In this document: positions 26,897-32,000 of the stretch, piece after piece
How the letters are laid out: each line of letters begins with the position of its first letter
Numbering within the stretch: position 1 is the stretch's first letter
From: Candidatus Heimdallarchaeota archaeon
GTDB taxonomy: Archaea > Asgardarchaeota > Heimdallarchaeia > Heimdallarchaeales > Heimdallarchaeaceae
Reading direction: 5' to 3'
NCBI GenBank assembly: GCA_030668875.1
Contig: DAOVER010000011.1
Coordinates: 1 to 32,000, forward strand
DNA length: 32,000 nt
Notes under the pieces: model-generated
What the model was told of the DNA's origin: nothing
The model's database searches: none
What the model saw: the letters and a program-made list of their open reading frames with translations, nothing else
Position numbers and translations under genes: made by a program

Positions 26897-27823
26897 CTAT
26901 TTTTGTAATTTCTGGATAGTTGGTTCAATTTTTAGTTTTTTCAGATAATCCTCATAGTCCTCTCTTGCCAACTCTCCTTTTTCTCCACTCAGTGCAACTA
27001 TACTTGCTTCAAGAACATTAGTACCAAATGAAACTCCACCTACTCTTGGGGTTGAGGTAATAATGTATTTGATGCCTATTTTCTTAAGTAATTCAACATC
27101 CTTTTCTCTTGTAGTATTTGTAATAATAATTTTTCCTTCCATATCTTCATGAGGCATGTTTCTATTGATAAATAGGAAGTCTCCAGCAATCCATTTTACT
27201 CTTTTGAAATATTTGATATATGTTGGTTTATGTACATCTTGTTTTTCTCCTGTTGGGTATACCCAACTGAAGGGTAATCTGCAAACTATTGGGAGGAGTA
27301 TTTTTGCTAAAGATTTTACTGAACTCATCCTGTGAAGAGCTACACCTAATTGGAATCCCCAAAGTAAATCACCAAATGTGATTAATTTTCTATCTTTACC
27401 AACAAATTCCCATGCACTTTCAGCCATATGCCATCTATCAACTGCACACATATTGAGAAGTGATCTATCCTCTTCTACTTCTTCAGGTAATTTATCCTCA
27501 ATATATTGCATAATCCTCCCTTCAAGAGTACTTTTCATTCCTCCTCCATCAACAATAGGCGATTTATGAACACCTTTAATGAGCTTTTTGAAGACATCAC
27601 GTATCTCATAGCGATTATTTTCTCTTCGAAGATACATATCTGTTCCACCAACACCAAAAGCATCCACTTTTCCATCATATTGAAGCATAAGTTCATTATA
27701 TTTTTTCATATCACCATTTGTACCTATTCTTTCAGCGATGATTGTCTCATTTCCCAGTTGATATTCTCGTTTGAAATCTCTTGTATCAGAACCCAAAGAT
27801 ATTGATATAACATGTTTAGTCAT
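26897..27823 (-). CDS. Uncharacterised conserved protein of the 'quinate 5-dehydrogenase'-annotated family (paralog 2)
   Basis: KHVISISLGSDTRD, GTNGD, DGKVDAFGVGG, PIVDGGGMKSTLE, AVDRW, VYPTG, IAGD, KIIITNTT and TPRVGGVSFGTNVLEA; collinear with 12247-13149 over its full length. Confidence 0.75.
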   Translation of the reverse strand: MTKHVISISLGSDTRDFKREYQLGNETIIAERIGTNGDMKKYNELMLQYDGKVDAFGVGGTDMYLRRENNRYEIRDVFKKLIKGVHKSPIVDGGGMKSTLEGRIMQYIEDKLPEEVEEDRSLLNMCAVDRWHMAESAWEFVGKDRKLITFGDLLWGFQLGVALHRMSSVKSLAKILLPIVCRLPFSWVYPTGEKQDVHKPTYIKYFKRVKWIAGDFLFINRNMPHEDMEGKIIITNTTREKDVELLKKIGIKYIITSTPRVGGVSFGTNVLEASIVALSGEKGELAREDYEDYLKKLKIEPTIQKLQK

Positions 27824-27959
27824 ATTGATTCACTAACATCTTACTAGAAAATTTACTTATTTATAAAACATTACGTGGAACCCTCTAAATTACTCTGTAA
27901 ATGATTACACTCAACTACCAAACAGAAATCTTATATTTGCTTATTTTTGATGATATAAT

Positions 27960-28439
27960 ATGGATAAAGATGCCGTCATAATGCAATTACGTCAAATGAT
28001 CGAAATCAAAGAAAAAATTAGCGAGCTATTGATGAACGTAAATTGTTGTCCAGATAATTCTCTGCTTGAAGCACTCTTTCATGGAATGGCTCTAGATGCT
28101 CAGAAACATTCTGAAATATTCAAAGGTTTATTAGATAGAGCACAGGGTATGAATGAAGCGATTGAAGACGAGAGGAAGACAGAAATTCTAGCGTCTGTTA
28201 ACAAAGTATTAGAATTAGAATGGAATGTTAAAAATCAAACAAAAACTATTATTGATAGAGTTACTGATGAAAAAACAAAAAAGATACTTACAACAGTCTT
28301 AGGAGATATTCAGAGACATGAGGTTACTCTCAAAGATTTACAACATTTTAGTGAGGATATGTCCATAGATCAAGAGAGAATAATAGATAAGATATGGAAA
28401 TATTCCATTAAGTTTGATGATGATGAAGAGGAAGACTAA
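27960..28439 (+). CDS. Ferritin-like (rubrerythrin-type) four-helix-bundle protein
   Basis: Two helix-pair repeats with MALDAQKHSEI and LGDIQRHEVTL at the ExxH positions, plus ELE in helix 3; acidic C-terminal tail. Confidence 0.65.
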   Translation: MDKDAVIMQLRQMIEIKEKISELLMNVNCCPDNSLLEALFHGMALDAQKHSEIFKGLLDRAQGMNEAIEDERKTEILASVNKVLELEWNVKNQTKTIIDRVTDEKTKKILTTVLGDIQRHEVTLKDLQHFSEDMSIDQERIIDKIWKYSIKFDDDEEED

Positions 28440-28540
28440 ACAAAACAACATTTTTCTTTGAATCAAACATATTATTCGGAAAATCACTCTGTTTGTTTAC
28501 TCATACAAATATCAGAAATAGTTAAAAAGAGAATAGATGA

Positions 28541-29575
28541 TTGTTCATTATATTCGGTGATTATTTGAATAAATCCCCCATTATAGAAGAGATAGCAAAA
28601 AGACTAAAATGCTCTGCAGATGATGTAAAACTCAGAAAAAATTTAACTGGGACATCTACGGCAAACGTATCCGAGATAACTTGGGGGAAGGAGAAACAGG
28701 TTGGGATTTTAAAGCAAAACACAACAAAAGTAGAGTGGTTATTTTATTCCAAAATAGCTTCAGAATTTGATGTACCGGCTCCAGCTCCTATAGCCTTTTC
28801 TGAATTAAGTGATATGCCCTGGATCTTGATTGAAAAGATCCCTCGTGGTGTTCATCCTAGAAAATGGGATAAGGAACACATAGAGAAAGCTATCAAAGTG
28901 TTAGCAGGTTTCCATGCTCAATTTCATAACAAAGAAAATGAGAAACTATTTGATAATTTTCGTAAGAAAACAACAAAGGAATGGGACACAACTAAAAAAA
29001 GACTGCTAGAAAACCTCAAACGAGCTTCAAAAATAGCTGAAAACTACAAGGGAAAGTATCCCATACTGAAATCTGAATTCGATTATGTCAAGAGGAAACT
29101 GAAATCAAAAAATTATCTTGATGATCTGCTTGCAGGTGGAACATCTTTATTACATGGTGATGTGTGGATTTACAATTTCATGAATGTGCCTAATTGTTCT
29201 TGTCTTCTAGATTGGCAAGAATGTTTCTTTGGTCCTCCCGCATGGGAGTTCCTCTACTTCTATGATCTTATCCCTCTTCTAATAGATGGTATCAAAGTAA
29301 GCACAAGAGTTAACCCATTTACATTTGATGAATTACTAAAAATTTATCATTCTGAGTTCAAGAAACAAGGAGGAAAGATAACTCTTACAAAATTCAAACA
29401 ATCACTTAAAGCTGCGGTATCCTTTCAAATAGCTTATTTCTGGGCAAAGATACTCAAACCAGATGTGATCCATTTGCATGGAGGAAGGTACTTCATTGTA
29501 AGAACATTACGTCTCTTACCTTCACGAAAAGTTATGCGTGAACATTTCAGGAAACTTCTGGAACTAAGTAAGTAA
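28541..29575 (+). CDS. APH/choline-kinase-like small-molecule phosphotransferase
   Basis: Brenner motif LLHGDVWIYNF, metal motif LLDWQE, WILIEKI hinge and LAGFHA. The TTG start is uncertain. Confidence 0.8.
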   Translation: MFIIFGDYLNKSPIIEEIAKRLKCSADDVKLRKNLTGTSTANVSEITWGKEKQVGILKQNTTKVEWLFYSKIASEFDVPAPAPIAFSELSDMPWILIEKIPRGVHPRKWDKEHIEKAIKVLAGFHAQFHNKENEKLFDNFRKKTTKEWDTTKKRLLENLKRASKIAENYKGKYPILKSEFDYVKRKLKSKNYLDDLLAGGTSLLHGDVWIYNFMNVPNCSCLLDWQECFFGPPAWEFLYFYDLIPLLIDGIKVSTRVNPFTFDELLKIYHSEFKKQGGKITLTKFKQSLKAAVSFQIAYFWAKILKPDVIHLHGGRYFIVRTLRLLPSRKVMREHFRKLLELSK

Positions 29576-29581
29576 ACATTC

Positions 29582-29611
29582 TAATAGATACGATAATAAT
29601 AGATACGATAA
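29582..29611 (+). repeat. Perfect 15-bp tandem direct repeat (TAATAGATACGATAA x2)
   Basis: 29582-29596 and 29597-29611 are identical. The repeat ends 2 nt before the TATA-like CTTTTATG (29614-29621) of ilvE. Confidence 0.95.
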
Positions 29612-29646
29612 CACTTTTATGCTATTCTTTTTTCTTTCTCGCAATC

Positions 29647-30726
29647 ATGAGTGAATATATGGATATAGAAATACAGTTAGCTACTGAAGAACAAAAGAAA
29701 CAGAAACCCGCAGATTCAGAACTAGTTTTTGGAAAAACATTTACAGATTATCTGTTTGAAGTAGAGTATGAGAACGAAAAATGGGGAACTCCTAAAATTG
29801 TCCCATATCATCCTTTTACTCTAGATCCTGCAACAACTGTCTTGCACTATGCACAAGAAATTTTTGAGGGAATGAAAGCCTTCCGCCATCCAGATGGCTC
29901 TGTTCATCTTTTCAAACCTTATAAAAATGCAGAGAGGTTTAATAAATCTGCAGAACGAATGAGTATGCCAACAGTAAACAAAGATTTATTCGTAAAAGCT
30001 ATTATTGAACTGGTTAGACTAGAAAATGAATGGGTTCCAAAATCACCTGGAACGACATTATACGTTAGACCAACAATGATTGCAACTGAAGTAGCATTGG
30101 GAGTTCATCCTAGTGACAAATATCTTTTTTACATCATTTTATCGCCAGTAGGTCCTTACTTCACAACAGGATTCAAACCTACAAAGGTTTATGTTGCAAG
30201 CACACATATCAGAGCTGCACCAGGTGGTACTGGAGAAGCTAAAACTGGTGGAAACTACTCTCCTACTCTCTTGTCACAACAAAAAGCTAAATCACTAGGT
30301 TATCCTCAAGTCTTATGGTTAGACGCCATTGAAAGAAGATATATCGAAGAAGCAGGAGCTATGAACATAATGTTCGTAATCGACGGAGAAATTTACACAC
30401 CTCCTCTTGATGGTACTATTCTTCGTGGAATTACAAGAGCATCAGTACTCGAATTAGCTCAAGATTTGGGATATACTATACATGAAGAACCTATTGAAAT
30501 ATTTAATCTTATTGAGAAAATACAAAATGGCTCTTGTAGTGAAATATTTTGTGTTGGAACAGCTGCTTCTATAACTCCTTTAGGAGAAATATTTTACAAA
30601 GGTGAATCTCACATAGTTAATGGTTATGAGGTTGGGAAAATCACAAAACATCTCTATGATGAGTTAGTAGGCATTCAATTTGGTAAAATTCCTGATAGGT
30701 TCAATTGGATGTATAAAGTATATTGA
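29647..30726 (+). CDS. ilvE: Branched-chain amino acid aminotransferase (fold type IV PLP)
   Basis: LHYAQEIFEGMKAF, LYVRP, PVGPYF, catalytic Lys in AKTGGNY, EEAGAMNI, ILRGITR and GTAA. Confidence 0.96.
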   Translation: MSEYMDIEIQLATEEQKKQKPADSELVFGKTFTDYLFEVEYENEKWGTPKIVPYHPFTLDPATTVLHYAQEIFEGMKAFRHPDGSVHLFKPYKNAERFNKSAERMSMPTVNKDLFVKAIIELVRLENEWVPKSPGTTLYVRPTMIATEVALGVHPSDKYLFYIILSPVGPYFTTGFKPTKVYVASTHIRAAPGGTGEAKTGGNYSPTLLSQQKAKSLGYPQVLWLDAIERRYIEEAGAMNIMFVIDGEIYTPPLDGTILRGITRASVLELAQDLGYTIHEEPIEIFNLIEKIQNGSCSEIFCVGTAASITPLGEIFYKGESHIVNGYEVGKITKHLYDELVGIQFGKIPDRFNWMYKVY

Positions 30727-30769
30727 ATTAAGGAAAAAGTTCTTAATTCTCCCCTTTTCTTACTTTTTA

Positions 30770-31105
30770 ATGAGTTCTATAGATTCCTTAACCACAAAGA
30801 TAATCGAATTTAGAGATGCTAGAAAATGGAAAAAGTTTCACACACCAAGAAATCTAGCTCTTTCATTAGTAATTGAGACAGGAGAGCTTTTCGAAATTAT
30901 GCAATGGAAAGAAGATCACGAGATTCTATCTGATCTCAATCGATTAAAACCACAGCTCGAAGATGAAATAGCAGATATAGCAATTTATCTTTTCTTACTA
31001 GCACATGAATTTGGTATAAATTTAGCTGATGCAATACCACAGAAGATAGTAAAAAACTGTAAGAAATATCCTCTAGAAGAAAAAGCTAAATTTGAAGAAG
31101 ATTAA
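30770..31105 (+). CDS. MazG-like (dCTP pyrophosphatase/RS21-C6-type) nucleotide pyrophosphohydrolase
   Basis: FRDARKWKKFHTPRNLALSLVIETGELFEIMQW and LEDEIADIAIYL..LA. True start is ATG 30770; the ORF track start 30680 overlaps ilvE. Confidence 0.9.
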   Translation: MSSIDSLTTKIIEFRDARKWKKFHTPRNLALSLVIETGELFEIMQWKEDHEILSDLNRLKPQLEDEIADIAIYLFLLAHEFGINLADAIPQKIVKNCKKYPLEEKAKFEED

Positions 31106-31109
31106 TATC

Positions 31110-31826
31110 CTAGCGGATTAAGGCACCCCATCTTTTTGTGAGAACGTATGTTCTTATTCTTCCATTGGCATCATATTTCACATCAAAAAACTTTAACTCA
31201 GTTTTGTTTGCAAGTTTCTCAAAGTTCCTTAAAGGTTTTTTAGTTCTACGTTTGAAGACTTTTGCATTAATTAGATTAATAAATCCTCTAATCAAGGAAA
31301 TAGGGTACAATAAAAGTGACTTTGGAAAATATTCTCCGACTATTATAAGTTGTCCTTCTTTAGCCATTAGTCTTTTACATTCATTTAACAACTCTAGTTT
31401 TTGACTTTTTGTAAGTTTTTCAAGAGCAAATATTAAAATTATATTGAGGTTATATCTTGAAAGTGCACTCATTTTACTTAACGAAAATGGCTTCAGGTCC
31501 ATCTTTTCGAGAATTTTCTCATCATTAACTTCAGATTTTGGGCTTACATAAGATGAAGTCATTTCCCTCGCAATTACAGAGATATCTTGGTTTGCTATTT
31601 CCTCACTGAATTTCCCTATTTTTTCTCCTATTACAATTGTTGGACCATTTTTGAGCTTTTCAAATATCCATTCATGGATTTCAGGAAGAAAAAGCTCCAA
31701 ATTTACAGTTTTTTTCAATTTTGTTGTAACAGATTTGATTGCAGAAATGCTTTCATCTGGTTGGTCTTCTTCTTTCTTCTCTACTTGTGGAATATCTGGA
31801 ACTTCAACATCGGACATTGTTATCAC
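31110..31826 (-). CDS. Class I SAM-methyltransferase-like fold protein with degenerate motif I
   Basis: TIVIGEKIGKFSEEIA...VIAREMT sits where motifs I/II would be; FALEKLTKSQKLELLNECKRLMAKEGQLIIVG is a typical MTase C-terminal half. Start is GTG 31826 (overlapping the upstream stop) or ATG 31817. Confidence 0.55.
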   Translation of the reverse strand: MITMSDVEVPDIPQVEKKEEDQPDESISAIKSVTTKLKKTVNLELFLPEIHEWIFEKLKNGPTIVIGEKIGKFSEEIANQDISVIAREMTSSYVSPKSEVNDEKILEKMDLKPFSLSKMSALSRYNLNIILIFALEKLTKSQKLELLNECKRLMAKEGQLIIVGEYFPKSLLLYPISLIRGFINLINAKVFKRRTKKPLRNFEKLANKTELKFFDVKYDANGRIRTYVLTKRWGALIR

Positions 31827-32000
31827 TTTTGGATCTTTAATTGCCAGTCATAAATAGCTTCGACAATATCAGCTTTGTTCGGTAAATCTTCTTGATTTGT
31901 TTTCTTAAGCAACTTGCAGAATTTGTCTATTTCATAGAAAACCGAGCCTGATATGCCTATATTCATAAGATTATCCTTAGTTTTTTGCAAAACATCTATT
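31823..32000 (-). CDS. Hypothetical protein, C-terminal 58 aa (runs off the right edge)
   Basis: Not in the ORF track. Open frame IDVLQKTKDNLMNIGISGSVFYEIDKFCKLLKKTNQEDLPNKADIVEAIYDWQLKIQK* whose TGA (31823-31825) overlaps the next GTG in a GTGA junction. Confidence 0.7.
   Translation of the reverse strand, partial: IDVLQKTKDNLMNIGISGSVFYEIDKFCKLLKKTNQEDLPNKADIVEAIYDWQLKIQK

Noticed and set aside
12247-27823. Calling the two paralogs genuine quinate/shikimate dehydrogenases
   Set aside because: No AroE-type substrate motifs or clear GxGxxG nucleotide-binding loop and no aromatic-pathway neighbours; the database-style name is probably a propagated mis-annotation.
28541-29575. Kinase as a bona fide aminoglycoside-resistance gene
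   Set aside because: Only the superfamily-level HGD/DW motifs are visible, with no mobile-element context; the substrate cannot be assigned from sequence.
29582-29611. Tandem repeat as a CRISPR remnant or transposon target-site duplication
   Set aside because: Only two 15-bp units with no spacer between them, no cas genes, and no intervening element or terminal inverted repeats.
30680-30769. N-terminal extension of the MazG-like ORF overlapping ilvE
   Set aside because: Family similarity begins at ATG 30770; the extension overlaps the ilvE 3' end and a T-rich terminator-like tract.
840-31857. The short (60-115 aa) ORFs in the track that overlap longer genes, e.g. 840-1064, 1912-2148, 3040-3363, 4946-5152, 6447-6668, 7454-7678, 15968-16171, 17744-18067, 19682-19900, 26135-26476, 27506-27805, 31138-31404, 31587-31853
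   Set aside because: They lie antisense to or out of frame within well-supported genes, have Ser/Phe/Ile-rich shadow-frame composition and show no motifs. 15968-16171 and 17744-18067 resemble each other only because the SBP genes they shadow are paralogs.

Overview
A gene-dense, AT-rich (roughly 30-33% GC by eye) archaeal chromosomal window with about 27 complete and 2 edge-truncated CDSs. I found no rRNA, tRNA, CRISPR array, transposase, integrase or prophage gene. An Asgard archaeon (Heimdallarchaeia-like) fits best, based on TATA-like boxes 21-26 nt upstream of many start codons, AGGTGA-type Shine-Dalgarno sites, F420-dependent enzyme families, long helical-repeat proteins and C-terminally anchored glycoproteins; this placement is inference, not proven. 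Contents, left to right: F420-dependent LLM oxidoreductase (partial), phytoene-desaturase-family oxidoreductase, DegV protein, TPR-like proteins, a surface glycoprotein, a PadR/methyltransferase-like fusion, an MgtE/SLC41 transporter, CutA, an orphan Pol-beta-type nucleotidyltransferase, a DDN-family F420 reductase and a PHP phosphoesterase. Next comes a peptide-scavenging block (PepF, two family-5 solute-binding proteins, TldD/PmbA, alpha/beta hydrolase, S9 peptidase), then PAP2, an NTP-transferase, a ferritin-like protein, an APH/choline-kinase-like protein, IlvE and a MazG-like pyrophosphatase. The most notable observations are four. (1) Both solute-binding proteins appear circularly permuted relative to OppA/DppA and have no permease or ATPase in the window. 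(2) A candidate lipid head-group module combines an uncharacterised 'quinate 5-dehydrogenase-like' family protein (two paralogs in the window), a CpgD/MobA-like NTP-transferase and a PAP2 phosphatase. (3) A PadR domain is fused to a Cys-rich, motif-I-less methyltransferase fold. (4) A perfect 15-bp tandem repeat abuts the ilvE promoter.
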